NCBI GenBank assembly: GCA_964188305.1
Contig: OZ076893.1
Source of the DNA: Podarcis bocagei
Lineage: Eukaryota
Length of the DNA stretch: 64,000 nucleotides
Direction: 5' to 3' (one strand)
The first letter of the stretch is position 1; the number at the start of each line of letters is the position of its first letter. The notes under the pieces are model-generated. The model did not search any database and was not told the DNA's origin. It saw nothing but the letters and a program-made list of their open reading frames with translations. Shown piece by piece: positions 48,522 to 59,972 of the stretch. Made by a program: the position numbers and the translations under genes.

Positions 48522-51329
48522 TTAAATTTGTATACTACCCTTCATCTAAAGATCACAACAGAAAAAAACGCAACTCGTCTAAGCTGAAGTAAAATCTCTC
48601 TGAATCGTGCACTGGGTTATTTGAATGCTTAAAAAATTAAGCAGTGTTTCTGCAAAAAAGTAAAATACAGTATTTCCTAAAATTCAGGTGGAAAGAGCCA
48701 CACACTTCTATGAGCAAATGTGGGACTTCTCTAACTTTTTAAGAAAATAAGATTCTCTCAAAGAAAAACCCTGCAATTGCCTCATTCAGCTAAAAAAGGT
48801 AAATTGCTGAGCTAAATGGACAAATGTGACCCCCTTCAGCTGGTTCCTTTTAAATTGAATTTTCTAACTGAGAAATTTCGCCCACAACTTGCCCTTTCTG
48901 AGGAGATCTTCACTTCTCTCCAGCTCCATATGTCCAGCACTCCCTCAAATGGCTGAAAAAAATGTTGTGCAAAAGTGTGGCACAGTGAGGGGTTTTTTGG
49001 GGGGAAGGGGTTAGCAAGTAGAAGAAAGTGAGAAGAGGAGGTGTTATTGCTTTTACCAGATATAACTGCACAGCTCGACACTCACAGATGATCTATCAAA
49101 CTGATATTTGCCATCAGGTAAGTTTTCAGAAGTCTTCTGAGCAATTTCATCATATGGGTGGGTTTCCCTTCCAATTCCTTGCCATTTGCCTCTTCTGCCA
49201 AACAAGAAGCTGGTAAGAGACATGTCACCCAGATGACGTCAACACAAAGTAGCATCAATAGGCCCCACTCCATTTCTGTGCTGAGCCTTCCCTTGACAGA
49301 GCAACCAACCAATTGGCTTATTAGGGAAAATAAAAACCTAGTTGGCATTGGTCAGTCAGAGAATCCCCACTTGTGCACACACCACATGAAGCCTGTAAAA
49401 ATCTGCAATGGTGCATATAGGGGTTTGTGACTCAGTTTGCAGAGAAGGACATATGGAACTACATTGCTGACCTTCCATAAAGATCCTCAAGCATGGCACT
49501 GCATCTTAATCTTTTTAGATATATAAAAAAATCCTTCATAAAAGGAAGAATATTTGGCTTTAAAAAAATATCATTTGCAAAATGAAGCAGCTTATTCAGC
49601 TTTTCTGAATAAGCCACATGCAGCAACATACAAAGCCATTTATATTTCCTCCGTGTGTTTATAGCAAAGGAAATTGGGGGAAGGGAGGCCGCTGAACAAG
49701 CAGGCTCACAAGCTGAGCTGTTACTGCCATCTAGTGAAGCATTTATTGGCCAGAAGACATGGATCTGTACATGTGTTCCAGGAAATCAGATCCAGAGCTG
49801 GCGGGGGTGGGGGGAATATCCAGCTTCAGAATACCAGAGGGAAGCTAGGACTTTTGGGGAGCATGCATCTGCTGTCTGGGATGTAAATACTGTATTTAAT
49901 GAACATGATTATCAAGCACACAATTCCAGGATAAAGAAGTACAGATGTAAGGGACCAATGTGAAGAAAATATTGCTGTGGTGGCCACTCCAAAGTCTCAG
50001 GTGTGGGCCCAGAAATCTCAAGGAATGGCTGTTCCTAACCTGGCAACCTCCTTCTGAATTTCCTTCAGAGAAGAGCCTCAGGTGAAGACTGGATTAAGGT
50101 CTGGATAGGCTCGTATGCACAGGACTGTGTGGCGAATGTGAGAATAGTGCATAATTCTATGCACATTTACCTGGCAGTCAATATGCCCATTTGATTTCAT
50201 GGAACTTAACTTCTAAATAAATATGCAGAGGCTTCAGCTCCACAGTTATTTTGGTTGGAAAGAAAGAACAAAAGCAGAACGCTCTGTCCTTATCTCTCTC
50301 CCCTACACGTGTACACTGAATTCCTCCATGTCACCACTAAAAGTATAGCACAACATACAGAGCCAGTGTAGAAAACAGTATTTTCCACATATAGAGCTAA
50401 TGTAGAATAGCAGCTAGACACCTTTTCAAATCTTGTCTGCCAATGAACTCAGTTTATAACCCTAACTGAGCAAATATCTATCATCCCACCTAATTCGACT
50501 TGCAGGGAATTCAAAAGGTTTACCAAGATAGAAATATATAGATATTTAGAAATGTGGCTACTCTGGTAAGGAATAATGGTTGGCAAATGAAATAAGTAGT
50601 CTTGGGACTAAGATTGTGTTGGCCTTTAGGGGTGCCTTCAGATGGTCACTGTTTTGCAGAAGGGATTCAAAGTGCATACCAAAGACTTAGGTTTGCACCA
50701 TTAAAGTGCTCTGTTACTCTAGTGCAACAAATCTACTGTAAAAAAAAACCCTGGACTATCTGCAGTTAGGAAAGTGACAGTGGAATGCACAGAAATGTGT
50801 AGGATGAAAGAATGATTAATGAGAGAGAAATGTCTGCAAGCAAATCAGGATAAATGCTCATTATTCTATAACCACCCCACAAACAACTCCAAACAAACTT
50901 TCAGTAAAGACCAAACAAGTTTTCGATGTAAGTTTTGTTCATGTAAATCAGGATGAATGCTCAAGAAGTAGTACTTGGTTTGAAGAATGCAATCTTAACC
51001 TGTAAAAGTTTATAAGAAGTGGAGACATTCAAGTAGCAGGCTTAATATGTGAGGAGAATTTATTTATATTCCAGGAACACTATCCTTGCAGCTTAGCTAT
51101 TGCCGTCACCCCTGTGGGGATCCTTTGCAAGATCAATATTTTTTAGGTTTCTTTTGCTTCCTAGGAAGAAATATGAAAATCTATATCACAGAAAAGCACA
51201 AGGGCTAACTGTGGAAGGCAGGAAATTGAGAATAATAAACACTAGTAGAAGAAACGAAAGCTTCCTGCTGCTATTAAAAGACAATTTGTATCCTACCTAT
51301 TTCAGTTTTCTTTTATGTGCAACTCTGAA

Positions 51330-51368
<39 letters not shown>

Positions 51369-52019
51369 CCGGGGCTATTTATTACCTTGGGTGCTGTGAA
51401 TATTGGATTCCTCAGACCTCAAATTATCATCCTGTGGAAAGTGGAAATATATCTGTTCCTCCAAATACAACAAAAAATCATCTCCATGTCCCACTCACTC
51501 CTGGGTTCTTTCTGAGGGAAATCTCTTTCTGGCCCAGAGTGACTGAGGAGAGCTGATCTTCCCCACACGGCTGCCAGTTTGATACTTTTTGACATTTCCA
51601 AACAACTCATCCCCTCTCTGCCAACTCCCTGCTGTTTCTTTAAAGCTTTTTAAATCTAGGAGTAGGCAAACCAATCTACAGAGAGCGGGTGGGTGGGGGA
51701 CAAGGCACGGCCTGTCAGCCAAGCTGGAAATGTCACAGCAGTGGAAATGATAAATATATGTGCTGCAGAGAAGGATGAGTTGAGGAAGAAAAAAGGGACA
51801 CACACACACAAGCAAATATGCCTTCAACAGAAGGAGGGGCTGTGAAAAGAAAGCCAAGCACTGTCACTCATTAAGGTTATCTGTTGTACAGACAGATTCA
51901 GCATATCGGCCGGGAGCATTATGTAATGTCTACAGAGGGGAGGAGGGGCTTGATGGCAGTCACTGTGGAGATGGTTTCCTATGCAATGCAAAGCTTACAG
52001 TGTTTGGGGATTATATATA

Positions 52020-52232
52020 CAGTGGTACCTCTGGTTACGTACTTAATCGTTCCGGAGGTCCATTCTTAACCTGAAACTGTTCTTAACCTGAAGCACCACT
52101 TTAGCTAATGGGGCCTCCTGCTGCCGCCACCACGCAATATCTGTTCTCATCCTGCAGCAAAGTTCTTAACCCGAGGTACTATTTCTGGGTTAGCGGAGTC
52201 TGTAACCTGAAGCGTATGTAACCCAAGGTATC

Positions 52233-52236
<4 letters not shown>
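52020..52236. mobile_element. pogo/Tigger-type MITE, sister of 5725-5939
   Basis: TA|CAGTGGTACC...GGTATCACTG followed by (TG)n. Confidence 0.85.
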
Positions 52237-52279
<43 letters not shown>

Positions 52280-52818
52280 TCTAATAGTTGTTTTGAGTAG
52301 CTTACCGAAGACTAGGTTGTACCCAAATAAGGCCCCATCTGCACTTTACATTCAAAGCAGTATCATACCACTTTCATTAGCCATGGTTTTTCAACAAAGA
52401 ATCATGGGAACTGTAGTTTGTTAAGAGTGCTGCAAGTTTTGAGGAGAGCACCAATTCCCCACAGGGCAGCTACCGTTCTCAGAGAAGTTTAACAACTGAT
52501 CCATTTTCCGAGGCAGTTCTGTGAGGGAAACAGGTGCACATGCGTTACTGAGCAACAGGCAGGGGTTCAAATGTGTGTCTTTATTATTGCTCCTTCATCT
52601 GTACCACAGCTGAGCTGAAAAATTAAGTGCTGTGCCTATCCCAGTACTTAAGATGTAAACATTCTTGATTAAGCAGAATTTTTTAACCCAATTCCTCATA
52701 TTACGAATTGGATGAACTCTCGGGAAGGTCAAGCTATCAACCATTTATATAAGAGCCCAGTCGTGGTAATTCTCATTCAGCTTCTCTTTCATTAGTCCTT
52801 GATGATGCTTGTATACGT

Positions 52819-53203
52819 AAAAGGTAAAGGTAAAGGACACCTGGATGGTTAAGTCTAGTCAAAGGCAACTATGGGGTTGCGGCGCTCATCTCGCTTTCAG
52901 GCTGAGGGAGCCAGCGTTTGTCCACAGACAGCTTTCCATGTCATGTGGCCAGCAGGACTAAACTGCTTCTGGTGCAATGGAACACTGTGACGGAAACCAG
53001 AGTGCACAGAAACACTGTTTACCTTCCCAGTGCAGTGGTACCTATTTATCTACTTGCACTGGCATGCTTTCAAACTGCTATGTTGGCAGGAGCAGGGACA
53101 GAGCAATGGGAGCTCACCCTGTCACGGGGATTTGAACCGCAGACCTTCTGATTGGCAGGCCCAAGAGGCTCAGTGATTTAAACCACAGCGCCACCAGTGT
53201 CAC
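52819..53203 (-). mobile_element. Sauria SINE, older subfamily
   Basis: Same head and tail as 22486, with more CpG decay. Confidence 0.88.
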
Positions 53204-53386
53204 ATGCTTTGGGCTAGTGAACTGCTGTCCCACTGTCTCTTCTGTTAAATGCTTGAACAAATAGTTGTGTACCCCAATGCATGCCACATACTCTGAGGAA
53301 GTGAGCAAAAAGGAGCTGCAAAACCTGAGGACATGTATGAAATGGATTCATGCAAGATCAGAAACAGCCTCCCTCCAGACAAGAAC

Positions 53387-53498
53387 ATAACTCAGTTGGT
53401 TAGAGCATGGTGTGGATAACACCAAGGTTGCAGGTTTGATCCCCATATGGGACAGCTGCATATTCCTGCGTCGCCAGGGGTTGGATAGATGATCCTCA
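53387..53498 (+). mobile_element. tRNA-derived SINE with CR1-type tail, partial
   Basis: TAACTCAGTTGGTTAGAGC...GGTTTGATCCCC...TAGATGATCCTCA. Confidence 0.7.
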
Positions 53499-54045
53499 CA
53501 GTGATGTGAGTGTCAAACACCTGGCATCATTATGTCCCACCCACCTTAAACTTGGTCCATGGTGGTGGTGGGGAGATAAGGGTCTGGTCCACCAGGTAGA
53601 CTCAGTTCCTCACCCTTCTGCTAAATGTTCATCATTCACATCTCTTCACCATTAACTCCATCACGGTATGGATGATCAATCTGAATTTTCCCACATCTTA
53701 TTTGTTTAACAACCAGATGGCTGATAAATTGAAAAGCTGCCAAGAAATACAAATGTTATATTGTTAATTCAGTTGGATAACATCCTAGACTACACTCTTG
53801 AAAACTGTTTCATGCTTATCTTCGAGAACCAGACAGGACAATTTCTCGCAAAGCAAAAATTTCCTGGCTTGCATGGTTTCTATAAATGAGCAGGGATGTC
53901 TCCAAGCCTAGGAGAAAATTAATAAAGGAACAAGGAACAAGGAAATCATTACGAGCATCATGTTTTCCTTTCAAATAAAGCCCCTAACTTCCATTATGCT
54001 TTTCTATTGGAGGGAGGGGGTAAATCACAATTTTATTGCAAGCTT

Positions 54046-54245
54046 NNNNNNNNNNNNNNNNNNNNNNNNNNNNNNNNNNNNNNNNNNNNNNNNNNNNNNN
54101 NNNNNNNNNNNNNNNNNNNNNNNNNNNNNNNNNNNNNNNNNNNNNNNNNNNNNNNNNNNNNNNNNNNNNNNNNNNNNNNNNNNNNNNNNNNNNNNNNNNN
54201 NNNNNNNNNNNNNNNNNNNNNNNNNNNNNNNNNNNNNNNNNNNNN
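54046..54245. other. Assembly gap (200 N)
   Basis: A run of exactly 200 N, which looks like a scaffolding placeholder. Confidence 1.
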
Positions 54246-54322
54246 CTGAGAATCATAGGAATCTCTATTTTTCCAAAATGGAGGTCTCATTTGTTTAATT
54301 GTTGCTACAATATTTGCATATA

Positions 54323-54550
54323 CAGTGGTACCTCAGTTTTCGAACGTCTCTGTTGATGAACAGTTTTCGAATGCCATAAACCCGGAAGGAAACACTTCGG
54401 TTTTCGAACGTGTCTCGGAAGTCGAAAATGCCACGCTGAGTGCAAGATCCTGAGGCCTAGCTGGCGGCTATTGAGTTTTCGGTTTTCAAACGTTTCAGAA
54501 TTCGAACGGTCTTCCAGAATGGATTACGTTCGAAAACCGAGGTACCACTG
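54323..54550. mobile_element. pogo/Tigger-type MITE
   Basis: TA|CAGTGGTACCTC(A/G)GTTTTCGAACGT TIR at both ends, with a TA TSD. Confidence 0.88.
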
Positions 54551-54658
54551 TATCTAGCAAGAGACCAAAGTACAAGAAGTTACTGGAGACATTTATCATT
54601 ATTATTAATATGATGCATTGTGCATGTACATTCTGTTTTACTGAATGATGGAAGCAAG

Positions 54659-54796
54659 CCTGTATAGCTCAGTTGGCTAGAGCATGGTGCTGATGATGGC
54701 AAGCTTACAGGTTTGATCCCCGTATGGGACAGTTGCATATTCCTGCATTAGATGGTCCTCAGGGTCCCTTACAATTCTACAATTGTGATCTATGAA
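54659..54796 (+). mobile_element. tRNA-derived SINE with CR1-type tail
   Basis: TAGCTCAGTTGG (A box)...GGTTTGATCCCC (B box)...CTCAGGGTCCCTT. Confidence 0.7.
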
Positions 54797-56264
54797 CCTC
54801 ATAGATCTATGATCTATGAACCTCAAATTCCTGGGACTCTACCCAGACTGCCTATGCAGTGCTGCAACCTCCTTCCCCTTCCAAATCTAGCTTCAAACCA
54901 CATTGGCTTGGGCTTAACACCTCAGTCCTTGTCCCAACTGCAGGATGGAAAAGCTGGTGCAACATTTGTTCACACTGATCCACCGTGGAGTTTTCCTTCT
55001 CCAGACAAAATTGAAATTGTAATCTTCTAAGGTGAGCAGGGATGTCAGAGAATCTGGAGAGGGGAAAAACAGAATTGGGAGCAGAAAATGCTACACAGAT
55101 GGTACTGTATAACCCATAACAATTGCAGCAGAAGCAAAAGAGACGTCCCTGCCCCAAGGAATTTGCACACTACATTCGATAATTGGGGGGGGTTGATAAT
55201 AAAAGGGGGGGAAGCAATGGGGAGAAAGGAAGATGCAAGGATTTTAAGTGAGGACCCGCCTGTTGCTTTACTTATTGTATTGGATCTAACAGACTTGTCA
55301 TCAAACAGAAAATATTTTGTTCGGCAAGATTTGTGAGGAAAGGCAGCAGTGGTGAAAGGCTGCTTCTAGCCTATAGCTGCTGCTATGATAGATTGTCTTT
55401 GGTTGGGAAAGGACGGAGGGGGATATGTGAAACAGAAGATACACTATCAGACACTGGAGGGTGTTAAGCATACAAGGCATGTCAACCGTATCTTGGAAAC
55501 TGTCTAGAGTTATATATCAAATTCTATATAATCTTTAAGACTAACAGCAGTAAACTTTACTACACAGTGTTGAAGGAATGCTCAACTCATGAATTTTTAA
55601 GGTCCTGATTTAAATGCAAGTCGTTCAATAAAAATGCCACCATAAATAAACCTTTGCATTTTTATACTTCTGTCTGAAAAGCAGGGTGTTCCCCAGGCAG
55701 GCCCCGTGGTCTCTGAAGCCCTCAATGGTGCTTTCTCTCCTCATTCCATTTTTGAATCCTGATAAAGAGGGAGAAGAAATTTTGCACCTTTAACAATTAA
55801 AAACAGCATAACCCATGACTTCGTTGGGTCAGGTAGGCCATGGTGACTGATGGGAAGCATCAGCCAATGGCTTCTCCAGGGGATGGGGATGCACTGGCCG
55901 AGGTGGGAAAGGGCACAGTGGTGGTGACGAGGTTGGGGGGTCTTTGGGGGGACCAGTAGTACTGCAAGTGCACTCACCTTGGGAGGTTTTGCCACAACCC
56001 CAGAGCTCTCTTCACCCCATACCTATCCCCACGAACTGTCACAGGGAGGACACCACTCTGCCCCCCCCCACTGACTAATTTAATCCCATTGATTTCCTAG
56101 TCTAACTGCAAGCATCTCTAACAGACCCTCCAAGTGTCCCTATTTTCCAGGGACAGTCCTAGATTTACAGAAGCCGTCCTGGTTTCTGATTTGATCCTGG
56201 AATGTCCCACTTTTCCTTAAGATGGCCCCATTTTTATTGGAAAATTTTGGAGGGTGTGGAGTTA

Positions 56265-56794
56265 CCGTATTTTTCACTCTATAGGACTCATTTCCCCCCC
56301 TCCAAAAATTAAGGGGAAATGTGTGTGCGTCCTATGGAGCGAATGCAGGCTCCTTGGCTTCAGCAATAGCAACACGAAGCTTCCAAAGCGCAGAGGGAAC
56401 GCTCCTTCCACACTCTGGAGGCTTTGCACTGCTTTCGCTGAAGCCTGGAGAGTGAGAGGAGTCTGTGCGCACCGACCCCTCTTGCTCTCCAGGCTTCAGG
56501 GATAGCCACCTGAAGCCTTTGGAGCGCAGCGGGAACTCGCACTGCACTCCGAAGGCTTTGGGTTCCTTTTGCTGAAGCCGGGAGAGCAAGACTCTCCTGG
56601 CTTCAGCAGGCAGGGAGAGCTGTGCAGCGCCCCCTCAGCCAAGCGGGAGGAGAAATGGAAGGGGCTCCGTTTCTCCTGCCGCTTCGCTGAAGGGGCGCTG
56701 AGCAGAGAGGGGGACAATTTCTTTTTCTTGTTCTCCCCTTCTAAAACAAGGTGTGTCCTATGGTCGGGTGCATCCTATAGAGCGAAAAATACAG
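56265..56794. mobile_element. Non-autonomous Tc1/mariner-superfamily element nested in an older repeat
   Basis: TA|CCGTATTTTTCACTCTATAGGA...TCCTATAGAGCGAAAAATACAG|TA. Confidence 0.85.
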
Positions 56795-56829
56795 TATGCA
56801 TCCCCCCGAGCCAAGGAGATATACGAAGA

Positions 56830-56943
56830 CATCTGAAGGCATCCCTGTAACGTTTTTTTAAACCTTAATGTTTTATTCTGTTTTTATATGCATTGGAAGC
56901 CACAGAGTGACTGGGTAACCCAGTCAGATGGGCAGGGTATAAA

Positions 56944-56985
<42 letters not shown>
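56830..56985 (+). mobile_element. L2-like 3' end with (ATT)n tail
   Basis: Same family as 13043-13230. Confidence 0.6.
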
Positions 56986-58369
56986 GAATAGGACATCCCT
57001 ATTTTCATCGGAGAAATATTGCAAGGTATGGTCTAAGGTTGGATCCACCCCAGATTGCTGCTAATCTGCAGCTTAACAGATGCATTGGCCAAAACCTTTC
57101 AGGTACCCTTTCGAATCCAGACCCAAACTTCAAATTGGTGTGCATAAGCATCTGTCTTAGAGCAGGGATGGGGAACCTGTGACTGTCCAGTCAACTCTAC
57201 CCTTGACCTTGCTAACTGGGGTTGACAGAGTTAAATGGCATCGGGAGGGCCACAGATTTTCCCAAACGAGTATCATGCAACTAAGTAACAGCCAGCTGTT
57301 AGAGTGGAGTTCAAATTCAGCACTAATGAGATCATTCCATCAGCACAAGCATTTCGGCTTGCCTGATGGAATGATCTCTCCTTTCCTTCCCGCCCTGCTA
57401 TATACTGTTCTGGGGGATCTCCCAACCCTCCAGAGTGGATTGGGGGCAGCATGGATTGAGGGAGGTGAGAGGGCAAAGTCCTGCTGTGCTAGCAGGAGTC
57501 CTTGCACTGGCTTCTGCTACTGAAACAGGGTATTTGAAGCCAGTCCTTAGTATTTCAAACTTCACATAAACCCACATACACTCTAATACACTGTATATAA
57601 AACAGACCCTGTCTCAGTAAGCACACTTTAAAAGGGGGTTTCTCCACGCAGATCTTAGAGGTGAAATGAAAGGGATGACAAATGAATAACACACACACAA
57701 AAATAATGAACAAATTCTTTTTTCTCAAAGTGACTTAAGTGCAAGCATCTTAAACATTACCAGTAATTACAAACTCAAGAATTATCATTTGTTTTTCACC
57801 ATCATCTAACATGTTTGATTTTTCTACAATAGTATCGCCAAGGAATTATATTCTGTTCATGCCAAGTTTTATCTAGTCAAGTTCCAAGTGCGATCTGTAA
57901 AATTAACCTGTTTTCAATGTAGGTTAATTATTTCTGTCCGTACATGATTAATTACAGAACTCACCCAAATATCTCACCCAAAATCAATTCACTGTGTATT
58001 ATGTGAGTTCAGGTTAAAAAAAAATAAAAAATTCTATACTGTGAGGATACTAAGTCCAAATACATTTTTCCCGAGGAAGAAAATCAATAAGCTAAAGTCT
58101 GCTTTATGTAATTAAGAGGGTACTGCTACCCTCCAATAACTGCTACATGAATGGGGGGTGGGAAGCATGCTTTAGACTGCAATCCTAACATCACTTACCT
58201 GGGAGTAAGCTGCACTGAACTTCACAGGACTTACTTCTGACTTGACATGGTTAGAATACACTGTAAATCTTCTTGTACTGGCACAACTGAAACCAGGGGG
58301 CACAAAAGTGGGAAGCAATGGAGATGTTTCCTTTCCGCCATCCCAGCATCAGAAATGCTCTTGTATGTA

Positions 58370-58877
58370 CAGTGGTACCTTGGTTCTCAAACTTAATCTA
58401 TTCTGGAAGTCCGTTCCAAAACCAAAGCGTTCCAAAACCAAGGCACACTTTCCCATAGAAAGTAATGCAAAATGGATTAATCCATTCCAGACTTTTAAAA
58501 ACAACCCCTAAAACAGCCATTTAGCATGGATTTTACTATCTAACGAGACCATTGATCCATAAAATGAAAGCAATAATCAATGTACTGCAGTCACACAGTC
58601 AATCCATCAGTAGCTGAACTGCGTTCCACACAGTCACAAAAACAAAACAAAAAGAGCTGCAAAAACAGAAACGTAAAATAAATAGCAAAAACAGACAGAC
58701 CTCAGTGTAACACTCAAAATGGAAGTGTGGCACTCAAATTGGAAATGCAACACTCAAAACAGAGCACATTCGGCTTCCGAAAAATATTCGCAAACCGGAA
58801 CACTCACTTCCCGGTTTGCAGTGTTTGGGTTCCAAGTTGTTTGAGTATCAAGGCATTTGAGAACCAAGGTACCACTG
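58370..58877. mobile_element. pogo/Tigger-type non-autonomous element
   Basis: TIR CAGTGGTACCTTGGTTCTCAAA (22 bp, perfect) and TA TSD. Confidence 0.9.
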
Positions 58878-59108
58878 TACACAGTATCATGCATAGAAAA
58901 CATGAATGTTAAGCCAACAGTTATAATGCCTCCACATTTGGAGGCATCGGGGCTTCTGAATACCAGCAGCTGGAAAGCACAAGAGAGGAGGTTGCTCCTG
59001 TTCTCACAGGTTTCCTACAAGCATCTGGTTGGCCACTGTGAGAAAAGAATGCTGGACTAATGAGCCATTTGGCTTTTCTTCTTAATTCAAGGCAAACTGG
59101 GTTTTAGA

Positions 59109-59112
<4 letters not shown>

Positions 59113-59165
<53 letters not shown>
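59113..59165. repeat. (CT)n microsatellite
   Basis: Read directly from the sequence. Confidence 0.95.
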
Positions 59166-59169
<4 letters not shown>

Positions 59170-59519
59170 GCTCACAAAGCTGTTCAGGTTGGGGAAATGG
59201 AATGGTGACTAACTCAGTAGCCAAATAAAACACAGCCACACCGGGCACATACAAACTGTAGCAAGGGAAGACATCTCACACTGGAGTATGGCTGAACTGC
59301 CAAGCAGATGGAAACACACAGTAATAATCCCTAAAGGAAAGCTTGGGAAACTTTCCTGACCCATTTAGCCCTGTTTCTTTAATGTATTGCACAGAAAAAG
59401 TTACGGTAAGAGTGTTTCATGATAGTTTGTTTGGCAGCTTCTCCGGAGAAACATGTATGGTTGGATGCAACCCAAAATGGCTTTCTAAAAAAGAAGAAGT
59501 CACTTGCATTATATTATAC

Positions 59520-59972
59520 TGTTATGAGTTTTCAGGGCCTCCTTCTAATTCCTGGAACAGCCATGCTAGCTTCCTGGTGAGGTGATAGAACATTAAGGGG
59601 AACAAAGGAAGTGGATCTGTGCGAGGTGGCAAATAGGTGGGGGTCGCTCCCCGACTCTCTGATACTTGGAAGGACAAAGCCAGAACTGAGAGCAGAGAGT
59701 CTGGAGTGGTGTGAGCTAAAAGAAAAGTAGCAAACTGGGAACCGAAATAGGCAGAGCGATGCTTGGTTTCTGTTTTAATCCAAATCTGCAGCTATGGGGG
59801 AAGCAAGGCCCTCGTGGGGTGTTAATGCTGTGAACCCCTCCATCATAGGCTCAGGTTGTATATCTGTGTAAATAAACCATAAAAATACCATAGTCTCCGC
59901 TGTTCCTTATTCCAAAGGAAACACAAGCCCTTGGAATCTTGCAGTGCTTGGAGATTGGGTTGGTGTGCAACA
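59520..59972 (+). mobile_element. Putative solo LTR
   Basis: TGTT...AACA termini, 4-bp TSD ATAC (59516-59519, 59973-59976), and AATAAA near 59871. Confidence 0.6.

Noticed and set aside
49060-49123. Possible small exon ending CAG|GTAAGT
   Set aside because: A consensus donor alone is expected by chance in 64 kb, and I found no partner exons or known peptide.
53960-54356. ORFs spanning the N run, and an AAGCTT site at the gap edge
   Set aside because: The ORFs are gap artefacts, and the restriction site may be coincidental or technical.
47213-54796. tRNA-like sequences at 47213, 53387 and 54659
   Set aside because: They continue into CR1-type tails and lack an acceptor stem, so they are SINE heads rather than tRNA genes.
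55043-56043. Possible 1-kb solo LTR (TG...CA with GGGA flanks)
   Set aside because: The terminal inverted match is poor and a 4-bp repeat alone is insufficient.
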